Below the pieces are notes generated by a model. That model was not told the origin of the DNA. It worked only from the letters and a program-made list of their open reading frames with translations, and made no database searches. The position numbers were made by a program, and so were the translations under genes. From IMG/VR virus record IMGVR_UViG_3300009163_000019: a DNA stretch of 64,000 bases, one strand, 5' to 3'. Positions within the stretch are counted from its first letter, which is position 1; the number at the start of each line of letters is the position of its first letter. Below are positions 38,484 through 48,353 of the stretch, piece by piece. Source of the stretch: a virus.

Positions 38484-38978
38484 ATGAATAACATAATCAA
38501 AGAAAAAAAATCAATTACTGATCAAGTAATCAATCAGGGTTCTGCGATCAAATTAAATGGAGATCATAATAACTGTACAGTGTTATCTCTTGCAGCGGCA
38601 ACTAACATGTCTTATGATCGAGCTTACATTGTAGCCGAAAAAATATGGTCTAGAAAAATAAAAAAAGGAGTTAAGACTAAAGAGATATCAAATTTTTTTA
38701 ATACAAATAGCGTTCTAGTAAATGATATTGATCAAAAATTTATTGGTAAAAAAGTCGAAGTTAAAAGTGCCTATCTTTATAAGAAAACCGGTAAAGTAAA
38801 TTTTTGCCAAATGAGTTTAAGTACATTTGCTAAACAATACTCTAAAGGAGTTTATTATATTCTTGTTAGATCTCATGCATTAGTAATAAAAGACGGTGAT
38901 ATTGTAGATCATAAATCTCTTATATTAAAAAATAAGCGTAGAGTTTTAAATGCTTGGAAAATTGAAGAAATAAAATAA
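38484..38978 (+). CDS. Hypothetical phage protein
   Basis: NNCTVLSLA...SYD.A, HAL...DG pattern; consensus leader. Confidence 0.65.
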   Translation: MNNIIKEKKSITDQVINQGSAIKLNGDHNNCTVLSLAAATNMSYDRAYIVAEKIWSRKIKKGVKTKEISNFFNTNSVLVNDIDQKFIGKKVEVKSAYLYKKTGKVNFCQMSLSTFAKQYSKGVYYILVRSHALVIKDGDIVDHKSLILKNKRRVLNAWKIEEIK

Positions 38979-38984
38979 AAAGTT

Positions 38985-39251
38985 ATGACAAAAAAAGAAA
39001 TGCACAAAGAAATTAATCAAAGGTTTTATGACTATCTTAATGAGAATTTTACTGAATACGCAATTGATAGTAGCGAAGGATACGGTAGGATCTATTTAAT
39101 TCCTAAATCTGGAAACATAAATAATGCGATCGAGTATCATCAATCAAGACACGATCTATGCTGCGTCAATTGGTCAGAAGAGAAAACAAAAAAAGATGTA
39201 GAGACTATGGAATTATTTCTTAATTATATTTTAAAACAATATAGTATATGA
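38985..39251 (+). CDS. Hypothetical protein
   Basis: ATAAAAGTTATG leader. Confidence 0.65.
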   Translation: MTKKEMHKEINQRFYDYLNENFTEYAIDSSEGYGRIYLIPKSGNINNAIEYHQSRHDLCCVNWSEEKTKKDVETMELFLNYILKQYSI

Positions 39252-39499
39252 CACAAATCAAATGGTTCGAGCCACAAGCTTACATGAGTATTAGTAATTC
39301 ACACGGTATGGAAATTATGATCGATGATTCTGCAGAAGAGGTATCTTATAGATATAGTAATGAAGAACCTAACGCAGAAGTATATACTTCAGAAATACAG
39401 TATGATCAAGAAGGAGACGCTTACTTTATGGAATATATGGGCGATCGACATAGCCGAGTAGCTAGATACTTAAGTGATTTTTTAAAAATACAAAAATAA
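39248..39499 (+). CDS. Hypothetical protein
   Basis: Overlapping co-oriented ORF. Confidence 0.6.
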   Translation: MTQIKWFEPQAYMSISNSHGMEIMIDDSAEEVSYRYSNEEPNAEVYTSEIQYDQEGDAYFMEYMGDRHSRVARYLSDFLKIQK

Positions 39500-39504
39500 A
39501 AGTT

Positions 39505-39834
39505 ATGACACAAACAGAAATTCAAAAATTAGCAACAGAAATTGTTGGAGACGGACAGCAACCTAATAAGTTTTTTGTATCAATCAATCCTTATTTTGCC
39601 GATGTAAAAAATGAAGGATTTACTCCCCTTGAAGGATTCGGAGATAAAGATTCTAGCATTTATGTATTTGATACTTTAGAAGAAGCTCAAGCTTGTTATG
39701 ACGATAATGAATTAGATCAAGAATACGGAGTTGGCACAGTTACTATAGAAGACAGATTGGTTGGTACACTTAAAGAAAAACAATTAGAACTTTACATGAA
39801 ACCAACATGGATAAATAGAGAATATAATTTTTAA
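39505..39834 (+). CDS. Hypothetical protein
   Basis: ATAAAAGTTATG leader. Confidence 0.65.
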   Translation: MTQTEIQKLATEIVGDGQQPNKFFVSINPYFADVKNEGFTPLEGFGDKDSSIYVFDTLEEAQACYDDNELDQEYGVGTVTIEDRLVGTLKEKQLELYMKPTWINREYNF

Positions 39835-39848
39835 TAAAAAAATAAGTT

Positions 39849-40058
39849 ATGAGAATACAAAAAAGCTATTTCCCAGATGAAGTATTAAGTGAGTATGAAT
39901 GGTGTGAAACTTTTAAAGTTGGTAGTAGAAGACAAAAATATGATAAAGAAGATAAATCCCATGAGATGAATTCACAATTTGATTTTTCTAAATATTATTC
40001 TACTGAAGAATCTTATCTTTCTAAGATCTTAAAATATATTAACTTTATTAATATATGA
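39849..40058 (+). CDS. Hypothetical protein
   Basis: ATAAGTTATG leader. Confidence 0.55.
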   Translation: MRIQKSYFPDEVLSEYEWCETFKVGSRRQKYDKEDKSHEMNSQFDFSKYYSTEESYLSKILKYINFINI

Positions 40059-40375
40059 TAATTGTTCACACATATCAAGTTCCTTTTTTCTGGGTGGACG
40101 ATAAATGTCCTTACGTTATTGAAGACGGAATCAGAAGAGATCTTCCAAGTGGAACTACTAGAAAGGATATCAAGTGGTTCAGAAGACCATATCCAGGAGG
40201 TAAAAATGAAGCATTTAAAATCCAAGTGGATTGGAATGTAGAAGGGGATAAAGATAAGAAATACAAAGTAGCCTTAGATCATAAGACATGGTCCTGCGAT
40301 TGCCACTCTTTCAAATTTAGTGGAAACAAAAGAACTTGTAAGCATATAGATAAGATCAAAGAGGAATATTTATAA
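40055..40375 (+). CDS. SWIM zinc-finger protein
   Basis: YKV....WSCDC.......CKHI. Confidence 0.8.
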   Translation: MIIVHTYQVPFFWVDDKCPYVIEDGIRRDLPSGTTRKDIKWFRRPYPGGKNEAFKIQVDWNVEGDKDKKYKVALDHKTWSCDCHSFKFSGNKRTCKHIDKIKEEYL

Positions 40376-40404
40376 CAGAACCGTGTAGCTTTAAAACCTT
40401 TACT

Positions 40405-40998
40405 ATGAATAAAAATGCAAAAGACTTTATTAAATTTGTGAAGTCAGAATGTAAAAGTAATGGAATAAAGTGTGATCTTAGAAATACAAAGTATGTTAAA
40501 TTGTCAGGAAATATAAAGTGCTCAGGATACTTTGACGAAGAAGGTCCTGCACTTGTATGTTCAATGAATAGACCGGACTCACTAGAAATTTTAGCTCACG
40601 AGTTCGGTCACTTTACCCAGTGGATAGAGCAAATAGATCTTTGGAAAGCCGTGAATACTTCCATGCCTCTAGTGGATGGTTGGTTAAGTGGTGAGGAAGT
40701 TCCTAATATAAAAAAGCATTTGGCAGTTTGTAGGGATCTGGAATTGGATAATGAAAAGAGGGCTGTTAAAATTATAAAAAAGTTTGATCTAGATATAGAC
40801 ATAGATCGGTATATCAAAAAGGCTAATGCGTACATATTTTTTTATACTAGATTATTAGCTACTAGAAAGTGGTGTACTCCAAAGAATAGTCCATATAGTA
40901 ATAATAAAATAATAGAAGTTATGCCTACATATTTTAGGCGTGATTACTCTATAATTCCAAAAAAAATAGAAACAATTTTTATTGAGCAAGGAACCTAG
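40405..40998 (+). CDS. Zincin-like (HExxH) protein
   Basis: LAHEFGH...ELDNE. Confidence 0.65.
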   Translation: MNKNAKDFIKFVKSECKSNGIKCDLRNTKYVKLSGNIKCSGYFDEEGPALVCSMNRPDSLEILAHEFGHFTQWIEQIDLWKAVNTSMPLVDGWLSGEEVPNIKKHLAVCRDLELDNEKRAVKIIKKFDLDIDIDRYIKKANAYIFFYTRLLATRKWCTPKNSPYSNNKIIEVMPTYFRRDYSIIPKKIETIFIEQGT

Positions 40999-41000
40999 TT

Positions 41001-41390
41001 ATGAATGAAGTAATAAAACCAACTAGAAAACACGTAAATCAAATATTTGCTTGGTGTATAAAGACTTATGGTAAATCTAAATTTAATAAAGAATTACCTA
41101 TAGTAGAGTTTAGAAAACAGGACTACTATACAGAAGAATGCATGGCATTCTATGATGAAATAGAATCAGTTATATTTGTAAATAAAGATCAGAATGATAA
41201 TATTAATGAACTGGCTAATAGTATCATACATGAGTATGTACACTATAAACAGAATATGAAACACTATCAGATACTAAGTCTGTATCTTCCTGATCATAAA
41301 AATCCTATGGAAATAGAGGCTAATAAAATAGCTAATAGAGATACAAAAAAATGTCTTAAAGAACTATATAATATTCAAAGTATCAAGTAA
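41001..41390 (+). CDS. Zincin-like (HExxH) protein
   Basis: IIHEYVH...PMEIEA. Confidence 0.7.
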   Translation: MNEVIKPTRKHVNQIFAWCIKTYGKSKFNKELPIVEFRKQDYYTEECMAFYDEIESVIFVNKDQNDNINELANSIIHEYVHYKQNMKHYQILSLYLPDHKNPMEIEANKIANRDTKKCLKELYNIQSIK

Positions 41391-41407
41391 TTTAGATATT
41401 TATTGAT

Positions 41408-41623
41408 ATGTTATATTATGACGTCCTGGATGAGATAGCAGGTTCATCAGAAATACCAGATGAAATACATCCCCTATTCCATGTTAATCCTAGAGAGGTG
41501 TGGATAGAAATGATGGTTCAGCTTATAGAAAGAGGTGTTGTAAAAAACAGTTATAGTAATTTGCAAAGCTACTCTACTATTTGGGAGGGTATGTTATATA
41601 CTAAATTTAGTACCGTAAATTAA
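41408..41623 (+). CDS. Hypothetical protein
   Basis: GATATTTAT motif at 41395. Confidence 0.5.
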   Translation: MLYYDVLDEIAGSSEIPDEIHPLFHVNPREVWIEMMVQLIERGVVKNSYSNLQSYSTIWEGMLYTKFSTVN

Positions 41624-41628
41624 ATTAA

Positions 41629-41919
41629 ATGCTTTTACAACAACAGATTAATGATAGTTTCGTTCAGAGTCATTTGATGGAATATGGAATATTAGGATTC
41701 GTAGCTTTTATTTTAGGATATTTTGCTTGGATTCAATATAAAAGGCTTGTTAAAAAGAATGACGATTTAGAAGTTAAAATAGATAGACTACAAATTGAAA
41801 TGATGGGACTTTTAGTTGATGAAAGAGATCGTCTAGCCCAATTAATAAGAGATAATACGGCGGCTCTTCAAGAACTGCAGAAAACTATATTTAAATACAT
41901 GGTTAAAAAAGGAGAGTGA
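41629..41919 (+). CDS. Single-TM coiled-coil protein (holin-like)
   Basis: EYGILGFVAFILGYFAW TM followed by coiled coil. Confidence 0.55.
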   Translation: MLLQQQINDSFVQSHLMEYGILGFVAFILGYFAWIQYKRLVKKNDDLEVKIDRLQIEMMGLLVDERDRLAQLIRDNTAALQELQKTIFKYMVKKGE

Positions 41920-42227
41920 TGGATTTCAAAACACGTTCTTTAATTAAAATGGCAGATAAGTTAATTAAATCCCATGATGCTAAAGAACATTTTGATAAAT
42001 CTCAAAAAGAAAAAGACTATATTAAAAAAGTAAGTATACTTAAAGAAATCCTAACTACAGAATATAAATTTGCTAATCAACATAAAGTACTCCATCCAGA
42101 ATATCGGATAAAATTAGAAGTCATTAATAAGCATATAGACTATATAAAGAAGATCCAGAATAATAAAACACTAGATACTTCGGATAAGCAGATCATAGAT
42201 CAATTAATGAACAAGTACAGTGGTTAA
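41916..42227 (+). CDS. Hypothetical protein
   Basis: Coupled to the previous ORF. Confidence 0.55.
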   Translation: MMDFKTRSLIKMADKLIKSHDAKEHFDKSQKEKDYIKKVSILKEILTTEYKFANQHKVLHPEYRIKLEVINKHIDYIKKIQNNKTLDTSDKQIIDQLMNKYSG

Positions 42228-42398
42228 CTAACTACAAAGAATAATTTTTTTATTGGAATTAAATAGCTTAATTTTATTTTGAAATAAAAATAATATTATG
42301 AGCACTATTGACATAGTTGCAATTGTAACTATACTAGTTAATTCAGTAATAGTTATAGGAGTTCTTGCATCTAAAAATGATAAAAAAAAGTAAACATT

Positions 42399-42701
42399 AT
42401 GAAAGATATTTTTTACGACATTAGTGATTTTATATGGTCCAAAGAAAATAATTCATTTTATGCAGAAGCACCTTATCTTTATCCATTGGGAGATTATCAT
42501 TCTGCTTTTCCAAACGGTAAAAGTAAATTCTATATAAAGAATTTTAAGACTAATGACTTTCGTTCATTTATTTTTCAAGAAGAAAATATTGCTTACTATA
42601 TTTTAGATCAAGAAGAAGACTACACTATAGAAGAAACTATCTGGACATACAAAAGTGAGGACGGTATTCTCTGTCAAATATCCATTCCAACCGCTCCGTA
42701 G
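42399..42701 (+). CDS. Hypothetical protein
   Basis: ORF downstream of a TAATTTTA core. Confidence 0.6.
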   Translation: MKDIFYDISDFIWSKENNSFYAEAPYLYPLGDYHSAFPNGKSKFYIKNFKTNDFRSFIFQEENIAYYILDQEEDYTIEETIWTYKSEDGILCQISIPTAP

Positions 42702-42703
42702 CA

Positions 42704-42854
42704 TAACTGATTGATTTTCAACACTTTATAACTAATTGACTATCAACAAGTTATAACTAGTTGATTACCAATAAAAACTTTTAGAAAAGACTAAAATAAA
42801 TTTTTTTATTTGAAAAATTTGTTATAATTTTACTATATAACAAATCAATCAAGT
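42704..42854 (+). promoter_or_regulatory. Early-promoter cassette copy 2
   Basis: Boxes at 42704, 42729, 42754; core TAATTTTA at 42825. Confidence 0.75.
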
Positions 42855-43199
42855 ATGACTATTAAGATCTTCGTTTTTAACTACCTTACGCATGAGACAA
42901 TTATTGACAACACTATTGAAGTAAATGGTGACTATGCCGTAGCAGAAGCCAATCATAAGGCTTTTAGCAAAATGTATCCAGATTGTCAAGTTAACTTTGT
43001 TATTGACAAAGACAATTTCATATTCGCTCCTCCGTATAATATGACACAGGACGAGATCGCTTACGATGAAGGTCGCATGACTTGGAACGAGTACGTAGGT
43101 AAGTGATATAACGGTGCTTTAGAAAGCGATAACGATATGAGAGACACTACCAACTATGAAGACATGGCACACACTGCATTTTATTCACAAAATCTATAA
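42855..43199 (+). pseudogene. Paralogue of 44272 interrupted by an in-frame TGA at a Trp position (nonsense allele or readthrough)
   Basis: GK*YNG aligns with KKWYGK of 44272; frame stays open 30 codons to TAA 43197-43199. Confidence 0.6.
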
Positions 43200-43210
43200 A
43201 AATAAAAGTT

Positions 43211-43438
43211 ATGAAAATCAATTTATCTAAAATCAAAATCGGAAAGCGCTATGTCTTCAATGTATATTATGATTATGGAGCTGGCAGCGGTTCTCAAGGT
43301 AGTTATAATATTATTGGTGAAGTTAAAGAGATCAATGCTGAGTTCATTAGAGTTATACCTATGGAGAATATAGAAGAAGGAAATAGAAGGTCTGTTAAAT
43401 TAAGAGGCGGATCTATAACTGAAGTAAAAACCTGCTAA
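43211..43438 (+). CDS. Hypothetical protein
   Basis: Consensus leader. Confidence 0.6.
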   Translation: MKINLSKIKIGKRYVFNVYYDYGAGSGSQGSYNIIGEVKEINAEFIRVIPMENIEEGNRRSVKLRGGSITEVKTC

Positions 43439-43450
43439 AAAATAAAAGTT

Positions 43451-43642
43451 ATGTTATACACAAAAAGAGACTTACAAAATTTAGACACGATCGAACAAGC
43501 TTGGGACGGAGACGAACTTAAGATAGAAGAGCAAGGATATAGAGTATGGCTTACGCATCCTGAAAATAGACAGTGGAATGGCGACTACACTGTAGAGACT
43601 TTAGTAAACGGTAAATGGGAACAGACAAATTATTCATTCTAA
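43451..43642 (+). CDS. Hypothetical protein
   Basis: Consensus leader. Confidence 0.6.
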   Translation: MLYTKRDLQNLDTIEQAWDGDELKIEEQGYRVWLTHPENRQWNGDYTVETLVNGKWEQTNYSF

Positions 43643-43655
43643 AAAAATAAAGGTT

Positions 43656-43955
43656 ATGAAGTTTAAACAAAATTCAATCGCGTCAGCAGGTACTTCTTTT
43701 TTCGGTACCACTTTAAATGCTTCAGTTAATGAATTAATACAGATCTTTGGCAAGCCTACTATTGAAGATAATACAGGAGAAGACAAAGTAAATTTTGAGT
43801 GGGATATTGAATGCCAGGATGGAACTGTGTTTACTGTATATGATTGGAAAGAATACAGATCTATCGGTCTAGATGAACAAATAGAGTGGCATATAGGTGG
43901 AATGAGTGAAGCAGATACAGAAAAAGCAAAAAGAGAGATTAATAATTTAAAATAA
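43656..43955 (+). CDS. Hypothetical phage protein
   Basis: FGKP...DKVNFEW...TVYDWK...WHIGG. Confidence 0.7.
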   Translation: MKFKQNSIASAGTSFFGTTLNASVNELIQIFGKPTIEDNTGEDKVNFEWDIECQDGTVFTVYDWKEYRSIGLDEQIEWHIGGMSEADTEKAKREINNLK

Positions 43956-43960
43956 AAGTT

Positions 43961-44176
43961 ATGATTAAGAAAAAGAAACAAAATTCAAAAATAGAAATCG
44001 ATTTAACAGGGCCAGATGGCAACGCATTTGTATTAATTGGTAAAGCCAGTAATTTAGCTAAACAGTTAGGACTGGATCAGAAAGCAATTCAAGCTGAGAT
44101 GATGAGCGGTGACTATGAAAATTTAGTCAAAGTATTTGATAATCATTTTGGATCGTTTGTAACATTGTATAGATAA
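43961..44176 (+). CDS. Hypothetical phage protein
   Basis: IDLTGPDGNAF...MMSGDYENL. Confidence 0.7.
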   Translation: MIKKKKQNSKIEIDLTGPDGNAFVLIGKASNLAKQLGLDQKAIQAEMMSGDYENLVKVFDNHFGSFVTLYR

Positions 44177-44192
44177 TAAAAAAATAAAAGTT

Positions 44193-44267
44193 ATGCAGGT
44201 TACAACAATTCCAATTATAGTTTATCCAAATTTTCCTAAAGAAATTAATACAATACATTTAAATTAA
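44193..44267 (+). CDS. 24-aa ORF (not in ORF track)
   Basis: Perfect AAATAAAAGTTATG leader; MQVTTIPIIVYPNFPKEINTIHLN*. Confidence 0.4.
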   Translation: MQVTTIPIIVYPNFPKEINTIHLN

Positions 44268-44271
44268 AGTT

Positions 44272-44664
44272 ATGACTAAAAATTTTACAATAGCTAAACA
44301 AACTCAAGACACTTCTAAATTAACGCTTTGCACTTTAACAATCAAAGATTGGTACACAGCTAAAACTAAAATGAAAAAGATTATGCCTAAAGATCCTGAA
44401 AAGGCATTAATTATTCATAGTAAGCTAAATCCAGATTCTATAGTTACCATAACTTGGGATAGTAAAGGTAAGCCAATGAGTAAGACATTAGTTCCAGATA
44501 ATATGAGACGTGATCAGGATCTCGTGGATGAGCTAGAAATGGAGGTTGAATACTTCACAAAGAAGTGGTATGGTAAGATCAGTAAGGCTAAAATGGCTCA
44601 AATTCAAGCAGAAATTGAATCAGAAACACAACTTATTGATAATGAATCAGTTGTAATGGGTTGA
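44272..44664 (+). CDS. Hypothetical protein, paralogue of 42855
   Basis: SK..PD..V and NM..D....DE..M........KWY motifs. Confidence 0.65.
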   Translation: MTKNFTIAKQTQDTSKLTLCTLTIKDWYTAKTKMKKIMPKDPEKALIIHSKLNPDSIVTITWDSKGKPMSKTLVPDNMRRDQDLVDELEMEVEYFTKKWYGKISKAKMAQIQAEIESETQLIDNESVVMG

Positions 44665-44781
44665 TTTTCAATCAGATATAACTAGTTGATTACCAATAAA
44701 AACTTTTGGAAAAGACTAAAATAAATTTTTTTATCTCGTAGAATTGTCATAATTTTACTATGAAACAAAACAATAAAGGTT
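44629..44781 (+). promoter_or_regulatory. Early-promoter cassette copy 3
   Basis: Boxes at 44629, 44654, 44679 (overlapping the upstream ORF end); core at 44750. Confidence 0.75.
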
Positions 44782-45663
44782 ATGAATAATCAAATTATCC
44801 TCTCTGCTCTAGAATCTCAATTAGCTTCTAAACAATCTGAATTAGAATCACACGCAACATTAATATCAGAGCCCGCTTCAAAAGCACTTACTCAAAATGT
44901 TTTACAGTCTCTTCGTGAAAATGTATCTACTCTTATTCCTAATATTAAGATTAGCACAAGTCGTCTAGAGATCATGAGATTTTCAGAGCCAAATTCCTAC
45001 AGGTCTTCTGTTACAGTTTATTTAGAAAGCAGTTGGAGATCTGAATACAAGACTCTAGATATTGAAATGAATTGGTATGGATCAAGAGCGAATTTGAAAG
45101 ACGAGAATACACTTAATGATGTTCAAGTTTTTGGTGCAGTTGCGGCTAAGCTTGCATGGATCGAATATGAATTCATAAATAATTGGAGACCTGCTATCAT
45201 GGAAATTGATAAAATACCACAAAATATAGAAAATGAAATTCGCCAAATTAATTACAGTATTCAATCAGTAAAAAATCAAATGAGAAATGACGGAATTGAT
45301 AGCTATAAAAAAGAGGGATTTGTTTGTACTCTTACTACAACTTTGAATATATCAAGAGATTGGGAAGCGGAAGGAAATCCATACCAATTACAATCAAGTA
45401 TTCCTAATATAAAGCTATCAACAGGTCGAGGTAAGTGGGACTACGTTTACGCTAAGTCTTTCAAAGTTTTAAAAACTAATAAGTACAAGACTACTTTAGA
45501 AATAACTCAGAGCGATGATAGAGTTATAGAGCGCACAATTACGGCTAGATCTTTCGATCAATTCATTTCTGAAGTTTACGATTGGCAGACAGATAAAGCT
45601 AAAGTGCACAATGATAAAATTACAGAAAGATTCAATACTCAATATGCTAAACAATCTGCATAA
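44782..45663 (+). CDS. Hypothetical early protein
   Basis: 293-aa ORF, first gene after the cassette. Confidence 0.7.
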   Translation: MNNQIILSALESQLASKQSELESHATLISEPASKALTQNVLQSLRENVSTLIPNIKISTSRLEIMRFSEPNSYRSSVTVYLESSWRSEYKTLDIEMNWYGSRANLKDENTLNDVQVFGAVAAKLAWIEYEFINNWRPAIMEIDKIPQNIENEIRQINYSIQSVKNQMRNDGIDSYKKEGFVCTLTTTLNISRDWEAEGNPYQLQSSIPNIKLSTGRGKWDYVYAKSFKVLKTNKYKTTLEITQSDDRVIERTITARSFDQFISEVYDWQTDKAKVHNDKITERFNTQYAKQSA

Positions 45664-45683
45664 TTAATTATAAAATAAAAGTT

Positions 45684-46070
45684 ATGAAAAAAATAAGTAG
45701 GAAGAAGTCCTTAGTGGACTACATGATAGAGAATGGAAACAATTTTAGGTATACCGACATGATAAAATATCTTGTTAAAATATGCAGAAAAAAAGAATAT
45801 GAGTGGCAATACGATAGAGGATTTTATGCAGCAAACTTTGGTTTTAGTGGATATATTACTCGAGGTTGTGGAACTTGCGGCGTCTATAAAAATCCTACAG
45901 GTAAGTGGAGTGCTAAGTATTATACAGAAGAAGAAATTACTTTGTATAAAATTAAAAGGCTTGTAACCCCGGCATTCAGTAAAGTATTAAATAGTTTTTC
46001 AGATAGACAAAAAAGAGATAGCGTAAGATTAGATCTTATTAAAAAATTAGCTAAACTAGTTAAAAAATAA
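45684..46070 (+). CDS. Hypothetical basic protein
   Basis: Consensus leader. Confidence 0.6.
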   Translation: MKKISRKKSLVDYMIENGNNFRYTDMIKYLVKICRKKEYEWQYDRGFYAANFGFSGYITRGCGTCGVYKNPTGKWSAKYYTEEEITLYKIKRLVTPAFSKVLNSFSDRQKRDSVRLDLIKKLAKLVKK

Positions 46071-46073
46071 ATT

Positions 46074-46280
46074 ATGAATACTAAATATTGTAAAGTTTGT
46101 CAAAAAGAAATCCACCCTAAACGTGTAGCATTAGGATATGGAACTACATGCGTAGATCATAGTAGTGCAGAAAGATATACAGGTATTGTAGCTGCAGGAT
46201 CTAAGAATGACTTTGAAGTTCAGATCGTTAAAGATCCAGAGATCGGTAGGCAACTTGTTCAATTATCAAATATTTATTAA
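46074..46280 (+). CDS. DksA/TraR-type zinc-finger-like protein
   Basis: YCKVCQKEIHPKRVALGYGTTCVDH. Confidence 0.55.
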   Translation: MNTKYCKVCQKEIHPKRVALGYGTTCVDHSSAERYTGIVAAGSKNDFEVQIVKDPEIGRQLVQLSNIY

Positions 46281-46289
46281 AAAAGTAAA

Positions 46290-46565
46290 ATGAATTATTT
46301 AAGCCCAGTAGAATATAGTAAAAAAATGAAAGCCTTAATGGAAGACGAGTCTACTCCTATGGAAGAGACAATTCCTGTAAAAGGAGAGAAGACTATGAAA
46401 GAAAGACTTTCAGAACTTTCTCCTGATGAGACAACTAAACTTCAAGAATATATTGCTAGTATCAAAGAGATCAAGAAAGCTATTCACGAATTAATAAATA
46501 AAGAATCTGTAGAAGAGAGCGGAGGCAATATGTCTTCAGGATTAGTACTTCCTGAAGAAGAATAA
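46290..46565 (+). CDS. Acidic hypothetical protein (late-type motif upstream)
   Basis: ATATTTAT at 46270. Confidence 0.6.
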   Translation: MNYLSPVEYSKKMKALMEDESTPMEETIPVKGEKTMKERLSELSPDETTKLQEYIASIKEIKKAIHELINKESVEESGGNMSSGLVLPEEE

Positions 46566-46575
46566 AAATAAAATA

Positions 46576-46923
46576 ATGGTTATGCAAAATTTAGTTTCAG
46601 GAATATTTTTTGGAGTCATAGGACAAGTACTCTCTTTTTTTCAATTACAAGCAGGAATAAGATTCGGTTGGACTGAGAAATGGAGTTGGGCTCTAATGCT
46701 ACTTGGTTTTCCAATTAGCTGGTCTTTCATGAAAAGTGTACAATACTTCATCAATGCATTCGATGGAGAGATCTATCCAAGTAGGATATTAGGATTTGCT
46801 GTAGGTATCATTGTCTTTAGTATTATGGGATGGTTTCTATTTAGAGAAGGAATCACACCTAAAACAGGAGTGTGCTTACTATTAAGTTTGTGCATTATTC
46901 TTATTCAAATACTTTGGAAATAG
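46576..46923 (+). CDS. Four-TM membrane protein, DMT/SMR-like
   Basis: Four TM helices; LFREGITPK. Confidence 0.6.
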   Translation: MVMQNLVSGIFFGVIGQVLSFFQLQAGIRFGWTEKWSWALMLLGFPISWSFMKSVQYFINAFDGEIYPSRILGFAVGIIVFSIMGWFLFREGITPKTGVCLLLSLCIILIQILWK

Positions 46924-46971
46924 ATTATTTTTTACCACAATTATTATTTAATTTTATATAAATAAGTTATT

Positions 46972-47709
46972 TTGAAAACTGTAGTTTTTGGAGATATACA
47001 TGGTAGATCAAATTGGAAATTAGCGGTTCATAAAGAGAATCCTGATAGAGTTATTTTTATAGGTGACTACTTTGATTCATTTGAATTTTCCGGAGTAGAA
47101 CAAATTGATAATTTCAAACAAATTATTCAGTATAAAACAGATAATCCACAAGTTGAAGTTGTGATGTTGATTGGTAATCACGATCATCATTACTTTCCTG
47201 AAATTGGTTATACTGGGACTAGTGGTTATCAAGCAGGAGTTGGTCATTCAATTACTCAAGTTATAGATGAAAATAGACACCACCTACAAATGGCTTATGG
47301 TTTTGGAGATTATCTATTCACTCATGCTGGAGTTAGTCCTGTGTTCATGGATCAAGTATTTGGTTCTGATGATTGGAGTAAGGAGAGTATTGTAGTTGAT
47401 TTGAATGAATTATTTAGGTACAAACCTAAAGCATTTCTATTTAATGGTTTTGAGTCAAGTGGAGATAGTCCATCACAAACACCAATTTGGATTAGACCTA
47501 GATCATTAATGTCTTCAAATAAAAAACACCCTAAAGGATTAAAGAAAGATTATATTCAAATTGTAGGTCATACTCAAATGAATAAACTTGATTTAATTGG
47601 AAGTGATAAATTTACAGGTGGTAGATATTATTTCATTGACACAATGGATACATCAGGAGAATATTTGGTTATTCAAGATAACAATCTTATCGTTAACTCA
47701 GTAAAATAA
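46972..47709 (+). CDS. Calcineurin-like metallophosphoesterase
   Basis: GDIHG, GDYFD, GNHD, THAG, VGHT. Confidence 0.9.
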   Translation: MKTVVFGDIHGRSNWKLAVHKENPDRVIFIGDYFDSFEFSGVEQIDNFKQIIQYKTDNPQVEVVMLIGNHDHHYFPEIGYTGTSGYQAGVGHSITQVIDENRHHLQMAYGFGDYLFTHAGVSPVFMDQVFGSDDWSKESIVVDLNELFRYKPKAFLFNGFESSGDSPSQTPIWIRPRSLMSSNKKHPKGLKKDYIQIVGHTQMNKLDLIGSDKFTGGRYYFIDTMDTSGEYLVIQDNNLIVNSVK

Positions 47710-47714
47710 AAGTT

Positions 47715-48137
47715 ATGTATTTTATATTATTAATGCTAATAAATTTTAGTGTAGAGACAAAGTCATTAGATCTTAATAAAGAAAATTTATGGATCGCAAT
47801 AAAAAATTCTAACATAGATCATCCAGATATTGCTTATGCACAAGCTATACTTGAATCAGGTAATCTAAAAAGTAGATTAGTTAAAACTAATAACAATCTA
47901 TTTGGAATGAAAAAACCTAGCATTAGAAAAACTACTGCTATTGGAACAAAATATAAGTACGCTAAATATAGTAGTTGGATATCTTCTGTAGAAGACTATA
48001 AACTTTGGCAAGATCATTTGTTTAGAAAAAAAATAATGAGTAGAAAAGAATATATGAAGTACTTACAAATTAGATATTCTGAAACCCCAACATATATTAA
48101 TAGGGTTATGAAAATAGTTAATCAAAATAAAATATAA
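47715..48137 (+). CDS. GH73 glucosaminidase (peptidoglycan hydrolase)
   Basis: AQAILESG, NNLFGMK, YSETPTY. Confidence 0.85.
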   Translation: MYFILLMLINFSVETKSLDLNKENLWIAIKNSNIDHPDIAYAQAILESGNLKSRLVKTNNNLFGMKKPSIRKTTAIGTKYKYAKYSSWISSVEDYKLWQDHLFRKKIMSRKEYMKYLQIRYSETPTYINRVMKIVNQNKI

Positions 48138-48141
48138 GGTT

Positions 48142-48351
48142 ATGGATAGAATTGAAATGTTATATGACAATATGGATAGCTTCGATAAACAGCAGATGTC
48201 TGAGTATCTAATGAAAGACGGATATCCAGAACCATATACACATACAGCAGAATTTAAATATCAAAATGAAATTTTAAAGTTGTATGATAAATGGAATATG
48301 CTTACTCAAGAAGAAGAGGAAACGATTTTAAAAATAGCAAATAAATTTTAA
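48142..48351 (+). CDS. Hypothetical protein
   Basis: Leader variant ATAAGGTTATG. Confidence 0.55.
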   Translation: MDRIEMLYDNMDSFDKQQMSEYLMKDGYPEPYTHTAEFKYQNEILKLYDKWNMLTQEEEETILKIANKF

Positions 48352-48353
48352 TA

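Noticed and set aside
42855-43199. Genome-wide stop-codon reassignment (TGA=Trp or TAG=Gln)
   Set aside because: Conserved enzymes are full length in code 11, TGG is used for Trp, and TGA/TAG end genes at expected positions
45772-45966. Alternative + frame ORF
   Set aside because: Nested out of frame within 45684-46070, which has the consensus leader
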